64,000 nucleotides of DNA from Hemiscyllium ocellatum (taxonomy: Eukaryota), in the NCBI RefSeq assembly GCF_020745735.1, contig NC_083429.1:50325877-50389876 (forward strand), written 5' to 3'. Shown here piece after piece: positions 1-13,883 of the stretch (position 1 is its first letter; each line of letters opens with the position of its first letter). The translations under genes and the position numbers were made by a program. Below the pieces are notes generated by a model. That model was not told where the DNA came from, ran no database searches, and saw only the letters and a program-made list of their open reading frames with translations.

Positions 1-15
1 CACGATTAGATTATT

Positions 16-179
16 GCTGAAAAATTGTTGCTGGAAAAGCGCAGCAGGTCAGGCAGCATCCAAGGAACAGGAGATTCGACGTTTCGGGCATCAGCCCTTG
101 GATGCTGCCTGACCTGCTGCGCTTTTCCAGCAACACATTTTCAGCTCTGATCTCCAGCATCTGCAGACCTCACTTTCTC
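16..179. mobile_element. Short fold-back PLE-derived insertion
   Basis: About 50-bp inverted arms (16-65 / 96-145); 15-bp direct repeat CACGATTAGATTATT at 1-15 and 180-194. Confidence 0.85.
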
Positions 180-1344
180 CACGATTAGATTATTCGCTGT
201 TCCCTTTGCGAAATCCAGAAGTTTGTCCAGTTGTTATGGTTTGTCTGCAACCATGTTCCTATCTCTAGGGAACCCTGTTATAACTGTACTGTGAATTACA
301 TTATTCCCCAGGTCTTGGATGTTTAAACTGCACTCTTAAAGGCTGCTCCCTCTCGAACTTGGTTGCTACTGGTCTGAATCCCCTAAACCTCCAGCAGTTC
401 CTCAACATAGAGTAAGACTCTCACCTTTCTGCAATACTAAAAACTCTTCATTTACACTTGGATAAGCATCAGATCAAATACAACTGTCTTGGAACAGTTT
501 CTTTCCTGAGCATTCTGATGTCTTGATGCTGTCTAATGTCCAGTTCTTCATCTCTGCTGCATTGATGTGCATTGCTGTCAGAGTCATCAGACCATTAAGA
601 TATCCATTATACGTATGGACTGTATCTTAAGACTGCTAATGCCAGTTAATATCTGGGAGAACTTCCTCACCAGCTTAGAGGGGTGACATGTGTTTCATAG
701 TTGGTATAAAATTTCAGTAGGTCTTTTTTAAAAACTGCTTTGAAGGTACTATATCAATGCAAGTTGTTGGAGTTCAGGTAAACCTATGACAAAAGCAAAT
801 GGTACAAGATCTGTGGGGGATGTCACGTGATAGGCCAAATGGTCTTGAGCTTTCCATTCCTCATCAAGCCCTTGTGTTTCTCACTAGATGTCTGTGTTCT
901 TTGGTATAGACGTGATGGGATGAATGGCCTCCTTCAGCGCGATAAACATTCTGTGCTTCTGAGATAATTAACATTAATTAATTTTTTCAATTGTTTCTAT
1001 GATTCTAATTGTCTGTTTGGAATTATAGACTGGGACAGCATGGTAGGAAACCACTTCACCTATCATAGGCAAGGGTTTTAGTTATTCTGTCACATGGGCA
1101 TCACTGACCTGGCTAGTATTTATTACAAACCCCTGATTTCCCTTGAATTGAATGACCTACTAGTCTACCAAGAGCCAACCACCTTATTGTGGGTTGGAGT
1201 CAATTGAAGGCCAGACTGGGTAAGGATGGCAGATTTCTTTCCTGAAGGGTATTAGTGAGCACTTGTGTATTCATAACCATCAATCACCAATACTGAGACC
1301 AGCTTTGTTTTCTGGAATTACTGAATTCAAATTCTACTAGTTAC

Positions 1345-1830
1345 CAACTTGGGTTTTGGAGAGGGTGCAAAGAAGGTTTACCAGGATGCTGCCGGGACTG
1401 GAGGGCTTGCCTTATGAAGGAAGGTTGAATAAGTTTGGACTTTTCTCTCTGAAGAGAAGAAGAAAGAGAGGAGACCTGATCGAGGTATACAAGGTAATGA
1501 GAGGCATGGATAGAGTCGATAGCCAAAGACTTTTCTCCAGGGCAGGATTGACTGGTGTGAGAAATCATAGTTTGAAGATATTAGGAGGAAGTTATAAAGG
1601 AGATGTCAGAGGTAGGTTCTTCATGCGGAGAGTTGTGAATGCATAGAGTGCATTGCCAGCTGTGGTGGTGGAAGCAGAGTCATTGGGAACATTTTAGCAA
1701 CTGCTGGACATTAACATGGATAACAGTGAGTTGGGGGGTGCATAGTTTAAGTTACTATATTTTACATTAGGATTAAACCTCGGCACAACATCGTGGGCCA
1801 AAGGGACTGTTCTGTGATGTACTTTTCTAT
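1345..1830 (+). mobile_element. CR1-type LINE 3' end
   Basis: ERVQRRFTRMLPGL...RGDLIEVYK remnant with 3' UTR tail. Confidence 0.88.
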
Positions 1831-2369
1831 ATCTCTATGTCTATTTCTATCCAGGTCACCCCCGATTACTAATCCCATGACCCTGCACAATGTCACCACT
1901 TTCAAAATTAGTTTGATAACAAAAGCTCAGTACTTGCAGAGTTAATTGCATGAAATATCCTCTGGCAAAGTTCCTGTAACTGAGATGTAAGTGCAGTAAA
2001 TAGAGATTAGCTAATACATGCATCAGATGGAAGACCAATGAGTAGCTGTCAATGAACTATGTATTTTATTAATGTGTTGTACATCAATTCTACCCCTGGA
2101 ATATACAAATGATAGTTCGATGCATTCATTTAGTTTGAATAATTCTCTTTGCCAAATTTGAGATTCTTATGAGCTTAAGATGTTTTGTATTTTGAACGAT
2201 GTCAGGCACATTTTCAAATCTAATCCTGGTCCTAAAGGGACAGTAAACTGACAACGAAATTGCACCCTGACACATCAATAACTCTCTGAATCTAATGTAA
2301 TGAGGAGAAAGAGTGAGAATATAGGAGTAATTGGATAATTGAGAAGTTGGTGATATTGTGGCCATATTA

Positions 2370-2975
2370 TGCCTGAGTAATTCAGAGGCCTAGGCAAATG
2401 TTCTGGGGCCATGGGTTCAATTCCCACCACAGAAACTGGTGGAAATGCAATTAATTCATAAAAATCTGGAATTGATAGCCGGTCTTCGTAATTGTGATAA
2501 TGAAATTATAATCGATTGTTGCAATGCCCTATCTGATTCGCTAACATCCTTTCGGGAAGAAAATCTATTGTCTTTTCCCTGTCTAACCTACTTGTGATTC
2601 CAGACCCACACAGTATGGTTATGGAGGAGTGCTGACATAGTGATAATGTAGTGATTAGCAATCCAGTCACCTCAGGCTAATGTTCTGGAACATGTGTTCA
2701 AATCCCACAATAGCAAATAGTGGAATTTGGATTCAATAAAAATTTGGAAATAAGGGTCTAATAACAACAATGAAACTTTGTAAGTTATCTGAAAATCTCT
2801 TCTATTGTTTTTTTAGACAAGGAAATCTGTTCTACTTACTTGATATAACCTACATATGACTCCAGATTCACAGTAATGTGGTTGACTCTTATCTGTCCTC
2901 TGGGCAATTAGGGATGGGCAATAAATGCTGGGCCGGCCAGAGAAGCTCACATCTTGTGAACGAATAAAAACAACA
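2370..2975 (+). mobile_element. Two adjacent copies of a second tRNA-headed SINE family (others at about 1080-1345 -, 10030-10270 +, 33860-34060 -, 61620-61910 -)
   Basis: GGGTTCAA(A/T)TCCCAC B box, recurring body (...aaatctg...gactccaga.ccacag...), tail gggcaattagggatgggcaataaatgctgg. Confidence 0.75.
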
Positions 2976-3117
2976 TCTCAACAGCTCTCTGAAACAATTG
3001 TGACAAGCTAGTCAGTTCGAGGTTAACATAAAGTGCTGGCCTTGGTAGAAACAGATTGATCAAAGAACTAAAAAGGATGTGACGCAGTATGGTGGAGGCA
3101 GCATTCCAACTGTGTAG

Positions 3118-4379
3118 AATCATAGAGTCATAAAGTCATAGAGATGTACAGCATGGAAACAGAATCTTCGATCCAACCCGTCCATGCCGACCAGATATTC
3201 CAACCCAATCTAGTCCTACCTGCCAGCACCCGGCCCATATCCCTCCAAAACCTTCCTATTCATATACACATCCAAATGCCTCTTAAATGTTGTAATTGTA
3301 CCAGCTTCCACCACTTCCTCCGGCAGCTCATACACGTACCACCCTCTGTGTGAAAAAGTTGCCCCTTAGGTCTTTTTTATATCTTTCCCCTCTCACCCTA
3401 AACCTATGCCCTCTAGTTCTGGACTTCCCCCAACCCAGGAAAAATACTTTGTCTACTTACCCTATCCATGCCCCTCATAATTTTGTAAATCTCTATAAAG
3501 TCACCCCTCAGCCTCCGATGCTCCAGGGAAAACAGCCCCAGCCTGTTCAGCCTCTCCTTATAGCTCAAATCCTCCAAACCTGGCAACATCCTTGTAAATC
3601 TTTTCTGAACCCTTTCAAGTTTTACAACATCTCTCCGATAGGAAGGAGACCAGAATTGCACACAATATTCCAACAGTGGCGTAACCAATGACCTGTCCAG
3701 CCACAACATGATCTCCCAACTCCTGTACTCAATACTCTGACCAATAAAAGAAAGCAATACCAAACGCCTTCTTCACTATCCTATCTACCTGCGACTCCAC
3801 TTTCAAGGAGCTATGAACCTGCACTCTAAGGTCTCTTTGTTCAACAACACTACCTAGGACCTTACCATTAAGTGTATAAGTCCTGCTAAGATTTGCTTTC
3901 CCAAAATACAGCACCTCGCATTTATCTGAATTAAATTCCATCTGCCACTTCTCAGCCCATTGGCCCATTTAGTCAAGATCCTGTTGTAATCTGAGGTAAT
4001 CTTCTTTGCTGTCCACTACACCTCCAATTTTGGTGTCATCTGCAAACTTACTAACCATACCTCTTATGCTCGCATCCAAATCATTTATGTAAATGACAAA
4101 AAGTAGAAGACCCAGCTCCGATCCTTGTGGCACTCCACTGGTCACCGGCCTCCAGTCTGAAAAACAACCCTCCATTACCACCCTCTGTCTTCTACCTTTG
4201 AGCCAGTTCTGTATCCAAATGGCTAGTTCTCCCTGTATTCTGTGAGATCTAAACTTGCTAATCAGTCTCCCACAGGGAACCTTGTTGAACGCCTTACTGA
4301 AGTCCATATAGATCACATCTACTGCTCTGCCCTCATCAATCCTCTTTGTTACTTACTCAAAAAACTCAATCAAGTTTGC
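3118..4379 (-). mobile_element. 5'-truncated HER1/CR1-type LINE (RT C-half plus 3' tail)
   Basis: YMDFSKAF, GVPQGS.LG, FADDTK, YCVQFWSP motifs; (CTCTATGA)n-type tail; in-frame stops. Confidence 0.93.
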
Positions 4380-4810
4380 GTGTAGCAATGGAATTCACTC
4401 CTATGAGTGTACCAAGCCTTGTGCGCTGGTGGGAAAATTTTGAACATTTGTTCCCATTTGTGGCTGTATCTTCTAACTGTCCAACTTGTTAGCTTACCCT
4501 CTGCCTCAATCTCTTTGATGTTCTCGTATCCAAATGTTGTTGTGTCCCAATTTTGAGTGATTGGCTTGGAAGGAACTGATGGTGACAATGCTGATGATGG
4601 TGACAGTGATGGTGTTTGGCAGACAGGGAAGGTTTGCACCAATCCTAGGAATGCTGGAAAATATTGAAATCAGTCTGTACAATCCGTCTAATAGACAGTG
4701 GCATTGTGGATTCCATAGGAGGGGGTGTGGGGAGATGTTGCCTCGTTAACATCCTCAACTCCTTTCTGTAAGTGACTACCTCATTGCAGTATTGAAAGCT
4801 CTTGGAGAAT

Positions 4811-5105
4811 GCGCGGCATGGTGGCACAGTGGTTAGCACTGCTGCCTCACAGCGCCTGAGACCCGGGTTCAATTCCCGACTCAGGCGACTGACTGTGTGG
4901 AGTTTGCACGTTCTCCCTGTGTCTGCGTGGGTTTCCTCCGGGTGCTCCGGTTTCCTCCCACAGTCCAAAGATGTGCAGGTGAATTGGTCATACTAAATTG
5001 CCCGTAGTGTTAGGTAAGGGGTAAATGTAGGGGTATGGGTGGGTGGCGGGTCAGTGTGGACTTGTTGGGCCGAAGGGCCTGTTTCCACACTGTAAGTAAT
5101 CTAAT
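4811..5105 (+). mobile_element. HE1-type V-SINE (young)
   Basis: tRNA-like head with A/B boxes (TGGCACAGTGG, GGTTCAATTCC), V-domain GGAGTTTGCACGTTCTCC...GGTTTCCTCCCAC, LINE-like tail ending in TAATC repeats. Confidence 0.9.
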
Positions 5106-5199
5106 GTGAAATTTGAGGTCCCATATGAAAGATGATCAACAAACTGATACTGTACACATTCAGAGTAAACGCTACAAAGAGACTTTTTAAAAATTGAAA

Positions 5200-6810
5200 G
5201 GTGGGAAACCAAAAATACCTCCTAATGCAGTGATGTCAGACGGAGGGAGTTATTGAATGTTTCTGAGTGTCTGGTTTGGTGACAACATATGCTCAGATGA
5301 TGGAAATGACCACTTGAGCTGTGGACTCCCCAATGGTCAGTAAGGTACCACCGTCCAACAAGAAAACTGAAATGAAAGGCATCTGGAAGGAGGGACAGGC
5401 CAGAAAGGTGTAAACGTTAGCCAACGTGGAGGAATAACAACTGACCCAACCTCCACCTGAACAGACAAAGTCAGTGGAGGAGGAGGAAATGAGGGAAGCA
5501 AGGGAGGGGATACCAGTGAGAAACAACTGGAAGAGGAAAACAAATTGGGGCCCTCCTGGTTCCACAGTGAAACAGAAAGATGCAGCTGAACGACGGACAC
5601 TCCAGCAGCTCCTCTGACGAAGGCTGCGGAGGGACGGTCACTAACAAAAAGAGGCACAGCACCACGGGGGAAGAAGGAGAGGAGCACAACCCAACTCATA
5701 AATATCCTGTGGGGCCCAGTGAAGCCTAACCTCTGGCCGTTGGGAATCGCAGGTACCCACAGGGAAACCAGGAGCAGCAGCTCAAAGTGTGGTGGGTGTG
5801 TGGAATGCACTGCCAGTAGTGGTAGTAGAGTCAGATACATTAGGGACATCCATGCGAATCTTGGATAAGTGCATGGACGATAGTAAAATGAAGGGTATGT
5901 AGGTTAGTCTGATCTTAGAGTAGGATAAAAGGCTGGCACAGCATGAAGGGCAAAAGGGCCTGTTCTGTGCTGTAATATTTAATGTTCTATGACTCTCCGA
6001 ATCAGGAGCAGAGCACGACAGTGTCTTTGTCAGACCCTGAACCGGACCAACTTAGCCTCATTCCCACCCTGATGACACCAGATGAGGGTAATCTACCCCC
6101 CAAGAGGGAACAGGACAGCTACCTCAGTGCTGAGAGTGCCCAACTGTTTGTTACACCACAGGAATATGGGGAACTCTCCCAGTGGCAAGACTGCAGCTGA
6201 ACAGATGTTGGGTCTCCAGGTAATAATTCTACAAACTCTCAAAATGGGTGTTAAAATTGTCAGCATTAACATGCATAGCGTTAAATCTACTTTGTGATGT
6301 GCTTCCTCATTGGCTTACCTGGCCAACGTCAAAACAGACCTCCTGTTTCTGCAGGGCTGTGGGATACCGCACCTCAGCAGCTGCTGGAGATGGTCAAGCT
6401 TATGGGCCGATAGGCCTTCAGTTTGGTCAGGAGTGGGATTTGGTGGAGTGATTGCCCTTCCTCCAGCATGGGTATCCTGCTGTTGGGAGGTTACTTCACC
6501 ATCTCCAAGGTTAAGAAGTTGGTGGGCTGGCACCTCCTTGGTGCAGACATTATATACAGAATCATTCCCCTGAGACTAATTAACGTGTACGCTCCAGGGG
6601 TAAAGATTGAATGGCTGGCCATCCTGCAGCAGCTCCCACTGCTGCTGGCTACCTCCAGGCCACTCATTCTGGCTGGAGACTTCAACTGCATCATCGATGC
6701 GGATAGACAATCCAGAGGGGCTGACAATGAATTGGACTCCATGGCCAGATTCCTGATGGGAATGGTTAAAGTCACCCAGCCGCATGACATCTTCTGCATT
6801 CACTGCATAA
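5200..6810 (+). mobile_element. Decayed Tx1/L1-clade LINE fragment (ORF1 end plus APE endonuclease of ORF2)
   Basis: MGVKIVSIN... start at about 6244; RLINVYAP and LILAGDFNCIID motifs of L1/Tx1 endonuclease; stops and frameshifts; interrupted by a LINE tail at about 5790-5990. Confidence 0.8.
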
Positions 6811-8224
6811 AAGTAACTTTTCTCATGTTGTCTTTGATTCAGTTTCCACATTTTCTGATCACCTTAAATCTGTATCCTCTGCTTCCACCAATGGAACCGG
6901 CTTCTCCATTTGTATTCTGTCCAGAGCTCTCTTGATCTTTGAAACTGTTACCAATCTTCTTCAATCATTGTCTTCTGTAAGGAGAATAACTCCAACTCTT
7001 CAATTTGCGCAGTAACTGGAATGCCTTGCTCTTGGAACTGTTCCTCTGAAACTTTTCAGCAGCTTCTTTAAATCCTACGCATTTTCTCAAAAGCACAGTG
7101 CAGAGATAAAGCCAAACCAGGGTTTTACAAAGGTTCATAATTAATTCCCTGCTTCCAAGGTCTATGCCTCCACAGGGAGAGTTTGAGTTGTGAGCAGGTT
7201 TCGACCTTGAGTCTGTTCACAATTCAATTTGTACGCAAGTCGGAACACAATGCCAGACAATATAAATGAGCTGTTCATCAGTAATGTTTGGATCTTTAAA
7301 ATTAAAATCCTTCATGGGATGGCATTTGTTACTCCTCGTGCTTGTAAATCAGACATTCATAAATTGAGAACCTCACGTGCGTATAAATTACTTTAACTCA
7401 GTTGACTTATCAGCTGGTTTGTATTGCAGAGTGATACCATCAGCATGAATTTAATTCCTACACCATCTGAGGTTACCATGATGGCCTCTCCTTCATCCCT
7501 TGCTTGAGGCATGATGACTCTCAGCTTAAATCACCTCTAATTGTCTCTTCCTAATGTGAGAGCAGCCCTATGGTCTAATAAGACTATGAAGACTTTACCT
7601 TTTGCTTTATGTAAGGCACAGAGTCATTAATGTCCTTGTAAACACTTTCTCAATTTACTCTGATACCTTCAATGGTTTGTGCACATGCCCCAAATCACTG
7701 TATTTCTGCATCATCTTTTCCTTTATATTTCCTCTCCTCCTTACTCCTACCCAGATTTATTACTGCACACTTCTCTGCTGTCCCTTTGTCAGTCCGTTCC
7801 ACCAGTCTATCTCCATCCTTTTGCAATCCATCACTGTCCTCCTCACAGGTCGCAATACTTCCAAGTTCTGCCTCATCTATAAATTCTAATAACGTCCTGC
7901 ACACCTCAGTCCCAATCATTAATATTGACCAAGAGAAGCAGTCTGTACGAGCTGGTATCTGGGGAGCCCCACAGTAAACTGAAAGCAACTTATACTCTTA
8001 TTTCCTGTCAATCAGAATAACAGATTTGTTACAGTTCAAAGGAGGTCATTCAGCCCATTGTGTCTGCACTGGTTCTATTCCCTAGTACTAATTTCCTGTC
8101 TTTTCCCCACATCCTGCATACCATTTCTATCTAAATTATCCAATACCCTCCAGAATGACTTAATTGAACCTGCTTCCACTATTCCACTCAACCAACTTTG
8201 CGTCCATGTTATAACTGTTGCTGA

Positions 8225-8531
8225 GATTAGATTAGATTCCTTACAGTGTGGAAACAGGCCCTTCGGCCCAACAAGTCCACATCAACTCCCCGAAGAATAA
8301 CTCACCCAGACCCATTTCTCTCTGACTAATGCACCTAACACTATGGGCAATTTAGCATGGCCAATTCACCTGGCCTGCACATCTTTGGATTGTGGGAGGA
8401 AACCGGAGCAGCTGGAGGAAACCCACACAGACACGGGGAGAATGTGCAAACTCCACACAGACAGTCGCCCAAGGCTGGAATTGAACCTGGGTCCCTGGTA
8501 GTGTGAGGCAGCAGTGAGCCACCCTGCTGCC
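8225..8531 (-). mobile_element. Older HE1-like V-SINE (similar older copies: about 36440-36705 -, 50405-50690 -, 51803-52062 +, 55845-56195 +)
   Basis: V-domain and tRNA head recognisable, more diverged. Confidence 0.85.
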
Positions 8532-11500
8532 AGAATTGGCTATTTTGAAATTTGCTGAGATGCCTGCTATGTAGCACTCGTATCAGTTTTTTGGAAATCC
8601 ATAAACATCATATCGACTACATTACCTTTGTCATCCCTCTCAAATACCACATCAAAAAACTCTCATCATGTTACCCCAACATAATTATTTCCCTTTCACA
8701 AATCCCTGCTGACCTTCCTTAATTAATACACACATATCCAAGTGACTATTATTTTTGTCCTGAGTTATTACTGTTATTTTTGAAAACTTCCATCGAGGTG
8801 AAAAAGTGGAGATGCTGGACAAATATAGACATGTGTAATGGATTAGCCTGAGGGCTCTTGTGGCACTGTAGAAATGCCCTTACCCCTGAGCCAGAAGACC
8901 TGGGTTCAAGTCCCATCTGCCCCAGGGATGTGTCAGATCACATGGGTCAGAGGTGGATTCAACAAGTACTATGTGTAATGGATTCTCTAAGTCATGTCTG
9001 ACAGAAATACAAATCCCATTTAGTTTTTTTTAATCCTTATTTATTAAGTGCAATGTCTCACTTGAATGAAAACGTTTAACAATAATGCAAAATGAATAAT
9101 CCCAAACAGGACAGACTGTGGGCTCTATTCCATATTCAGAAAGGGACTAAAATACTTACCTTCCCTGGTAACTGAAGGTTACTGAAAAGAATGGTAACTT
9201 GTGAAATGTGATATAAGGAATGGAAGTGTCAGTTAATTAAAATCAACAACCTGCGTGCTTTCAAAAAGAGTCAAGCAAAAGCAGGCCTTCTGCTGGGGCC
9301 CAACTGTAGTGTTGTGGTAGTGTCCCTACCACTAAGTCAGGAGGCCTGGCCTCAAGTCCCACATGCTCAAAGGTATATTGTAACATCTCTGACCAGATTG
9401 ATTAGAAACTTTTTTTTAAAGAAATGGATTGAAGACTAATGTGCTTTTTAAAAAGGGCCTTGAGATGTAGTGGCAGTGTTCCTGTTTCTGGGCCAGATGA
9501 TCTGTGTTCAAGTCTCACCTGCCCTGCAGATGATCCATGCTGTATCTCTGCAGGTAGATTCAAGTAAGAAAAGAATTTCAGGTGACTGCTATGTTGACAT
9601 TTTTAAAATTAACCTGTTATGACACACCTCTGGAGGAAGCAAGACTTGAACCCAGCTCTTCTGAACCAGGCTGCTGCATCGTAACAGCTCTGTTGGTGAT
9701 AGCTTCGTTCTTGGGTGGTCATGAACCACGAACGTTTTGGGTAACAGTCAAGTATACTGACCAACACAGAGACTGAGATCGACTGCTGATAGACATCTCA
9801 GTTACCAAAAAATCCTCCTCACCTGTAGACAATTAGGAGCACAGATTTCCCACAAGTAACAAAAGAAATTGGATACTGCTCCTACATAACTCATCAGTGT
9901 ATCACAAAGGACTGGACGCTCAGACAAGATGGTTCAACAAGAAGTGAAAAGAAAAGATGGGGTCTGGGCTGACCTTGCCAGGATGTGGACAGCGAGGAGT
10001 GAGTCTACTACGTCATGGTGTAGCATGGAAAGGTATTGGCCTGGTGGTATTATTTGCAGATTATTAATCTAGTAATCCTGATAATGTCCTGGGCATCCAG
10101 GTGTGAATCCCAATTTGGCAGATGGTGAAGTTTGAATTCAAAAATTAAAATTAAAAATTTGGATGACCATGACATCATTGTTGGGGAAAACCCCATCTGG
10201 GCAGTTAGGGATGGGTAATAAATGCTGGCCCAGCCAATGATGCCCACACTCCATAAATGAATAAAGAAAAACACAGTATAATTTCAGTCACTTTAGATGT
10301 TGATTATTTAAATCAAGCTGTGCATTGTTACACCACAGTGAGTAAAGTTGCTGAAGGACTGCTCTCTCAGGAGAGAGAGTAACTTGGTTGCAGTTTAGCC
10401 TGAGGGATACCATGCCTCAGGCAAAGGGGAAGGTGAGAAGGACAGTCCTTCATAATGACCTTAACCGGTGTGGGAATTGAATTCAAGTCAGCTGTCCAGC
10501 CAACTGAGCTAACCAACCCCCATAATCCACAACAAATACTGACCAGTTTGGAATGAATTGTGTGATTTCCCCCCATCAGTCACACATAGAGACAGTACCA
10601 CTTAATGGAATAACCCATGGAATTTTGCATTCTGTAACTACCCTGAACTTATAATACTTTGCTGGAGCGGTAATCCCACAGCACCTGGGGAATGTTGCTG
10701 TAATTTCAGTTACATGTTCTGTTTGTTTCGGATTATCCAGACTCTTTTCAAATCGAACACCTATTGAATATGTAGACTCCTGCCCTAACAGCAACAACAA
10801 CTTGCATTAATGTTGCACCTTCAATCGGTTAAAGGAACCTCACAGGAGCATTACCTGACAAGATTTAACAACAAGATGCAAAATGAGATATTAGGACAAG
10901 TGACTCAAAGCTTGGTCAATGAGATTGGTTCAGGAAAGCATTAAAGGAGGAAAGAGAGGTTTAAACGTTCAGTGGGAGAATTCCAGAGTTACGGCTCTGG
11001 TTAGCTGAAGCCGTAGCTGCATACAATACAGCAAAAAAGTTGGGGTGTGGAAGAGGTAAGGATTGGCAGAGTACATAGATGGTCTTGAGGCTGGAGAGGA
11101 TCCCAGAGATAGGGAGATATAATGACCAGGTAAGGAGGGTCTCCATCTTTTTGACCCAGTCAGACACAACAAATGTTTATATTTCTTTTACTGCATGCAG
11201 CTATATCACAACTCAAACAAAATGTAGCATTAGTCAAAATTAAGAAGCCAATTACAAGGTTTTATTGAGTGAAGGAATGTTTCATTTATTACCTACCAAC
11301 CATGAAAAAAGTAATAGAACACAACATCAAACACAGGTTTTTTTTTAAAAAGGGAAGAGTATCTAATAGGTGGGAAAGGGTATTCAGCTTAAAAAGTTCT
11401 TAAAGAGTTCTGGAGTTGTTATAGTTAAACCTGAGACCACAGCTGTTTCAAAGATAGCCTGTATCCTCGGTAGTATTAAAATGTGGGGAATCCTTGAGTT

Positions 11501-11554
11501 CTTGATAAATGAAGGTTTATTTGATTTGTTTCATCGCTTGAGCTAGCTTTCAAA

Positions 11555-12440
11555 ATGAGGAGAAGGCAACAGGAATAGAGAAAGTAATAAGGTACGGAAA
11601 CTTCGGTCCAGCTCATCTATGCCAAATAAATTTTCCAAACCAAACTGGTCCCACCTGCCTGCGTTTGGTTTATATCCTTCTAAACCTTTACTATTTATGT
11701 TCTTATCTAAATGTCTTTTAAATGCTGTAAGTGTACCTGCGTCTACCATTTCCTCTAGCAGTTCATTCCACATACAAAACACTTCTGTGCGAAAACGTTG
11801 TCCTCAGGTCTGTTTTAAATCTTTCTCCTCTCACCTTAAAATTAAACCCCCTAGTTTTAAACTCCCCCACTTTAGGGAAAAGACCTTTGTGATTCAACTT
11901 ACCTATGCCCCTCATTGTTATATAAACCTCTGTCATCCCTCAATCTCCTACGTTACAGTGAAAGACATCCCAACCTATCCAGCCTCCTTATAACTCAAGC
12001 ACCCTAGTGTCAGCAACATCCTGGTAAATCTTTTCTGAACCTTCTTCAGTTTAATGATATCCTTCCTATGAGCAGGGCAATCAGAACTACACACAGTACT
12101 CCAAAACTGACCTCACCAATGACTTGTGCAAACTCAACATCATGACCCAACTCCTATACCCAATGGCCTGAGTATTGAAGGTGCTAAATACCTTTTTAAC
12201 AACCTTTTCTGCCTATGATGCAACTTTCAAAGAACTATATACTGGACCCTTCAGTCTCTCTGGTTGACAACTCTACCTAGGCTGAAAATGTGTTGCTGGA
12301 AAAGCGCAGCAGGTCAGGCAGCATCCAAGGAGCAGGAGAATCGACGTTTCAAGCAAACTCTACCTAGGGCCTTACTAATAACACTATAAGTTCTGCTCTT
12401 GTTTGCTTTACCAAAATTCAACACCTCACATTTATACAAA
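11555..12440 (-). mobile_element. Diverged CR1/HER1-type LINE 3' fragment (hosts the 74-bp PLE)
   Basis: WNELLEEMVDAGTLTAFKRHLD and WQMEFN..KCEVL remnants. Confidence 0.85.
12282..12355 (-). mobile_element. 74-bp PLE fragment nested in a CR1/HER1 copy
   Basis: Same family sequence; 13-bp TSD AACTCTACCTAGG at 12269-12281 and 12356-12368. Confidence 0.85.
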
Positions 12441-12646
12441 TTAAACTCCATCTGCCAATCTTCAGAACATACATTTTCTTTCTCTCTCCTGTCCAAAGCT
12501 GTTTTGCTGAAATACAGTTCACTTGTGTATTCCCCTGTCTGCCAGCAGAAGTTTTTTTTAATCAAGTTGGATGATTAGCAGGTGACTTTTCTCATCACAG
12601 GATGTGACAGTTGCAGAATAGTGTAAATCAGAGATACAGTTTCTTC

Positions 12647-13785
12647 ATGCCCGAGGTTAGATCTCATGGAATACAGGGAGAACTAGCCATTTGGATACAG
12701 AATTGGCTTAAAGGTAGAAGACAGAGTGTGGTGGTGGAGGGTTGTTTTTCAGACTGGAGGCCTGTGACCAGTGGAGTGCCACAAGGATTGGTACTGGGTC
12801 CTCTATTTTTTGTCATTTATATAAATGATTTGGATGTGAGCAAAGGAGGTATGGTTAGTAAGTTTGCAGATGACACCAAAATTGGAGGTGTAGTGGATAG
12901 CGAAGAAGGTTACCTCAGATTACAACAGGATCTGGACCAGATGGGCCAATGGGCTGAGAAGTGGCAGATGGAGTCTAATTCAGACAAATGCGAGGTGCCA
13001 CATTTGGGAAAACAAATCTTAGCAGAATTTATACACTTAATGGTAAGGTCCTAGGGAGTGTTGCTGAATAAAGACACCTTGGAGTGTAGGTTCATAGCTC
13101 CTTGAAAGTGGAGTCACAGGTAGATAGGATAGTGAAGAAGGCATTTGGTATGTTTTCCTTTATTGGTCAGAGTACTGAGTATGGGAGTTGGGAGGTCATG
13201 TTGGGCTGTAGAAGTTATTGGTTAGGCCACTGGTGGAATATTGTGTGCAATTCTGGTCTCCTTCCTATCGGAAAGATGTTGTGAAACTTAAAAGGATTCA
13301 GAAAAGATTTACAAGGATGTTGCCAGGGTTGGAGGATTTGAGCTGTAGGGAGAGACTGAACAGGCTGGGGCTGTTTTCCCTGGAGCATCGGAAGCTGAGG
13401 GGTGACCTTGTAGAGGTTTACAAAATTATGAGGGGCATGGATCGGGTAAATAGACAAAGTATTTTCCCTTGTGTGTAGGAGTCCAGAACTAGAGGGCATA
13501 GGTTTAGGGTGAGAGGGGAAAGATATAAAATAGACCTAATGGGCAACGTTTTCACGCAGAGGGTGGTATGCGTATGGAATGAGCTGCCAGAGGAAGTGGT
13601 GAAGGCTGGTACAATTGCGACATTTAAGAGGCATTTGGATGGGTACATGAATAGGAAGGGTTTGGAGAGATATGGGCCGGGTGCTGGCAGGTGGAACTAG
13701 GTTGGGTTGGGATATCTGGTCGGCATGGACGGGTTGGACGGAAGGGTCTGTTTCCATGCTGTACTTCTCTATGACTCTATGACTG
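12647..13785 (+). mobile_element. 5'-truncated HER1/CR1-type LINE
   Basis: GVPQG.VLGP, YINDLD, FADDTK motifs; ends ctctatgactctatgact. Confidence 0.93.
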
Positions 13786-13883
13786 AGTTTCAATGTCTTT
13801 GATGAAATGTTAATTTTGGTGCAGTCTCTCTCTCTCTCTCTTTTTATCTTACATTGGTTTCAGCTTGGCTCAAATTGGTCAGG

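Noticed and set aside
2126-2365. 79-aa ORF with faint P-element-like HLKLIR motif
   Set aside because: Too short and weak; no TIRs or other transposase motifs.
4811-4890. tRNA gene-like sequences (also at other HE1 heads)
   Set aside because: They are the tRNA-derived heads of SINEs, continuing into V-domain and LINE tail; no full cloverleaf with terminator.
5657-5667. REST/RE1 left half-site CAGCACCACGG upstream of a neuronal gene
   Set aside because: The right half (ACAG) is missing, and it lies inside a LINE ORF1 remnant 14 kb from SCN4B exon 1.
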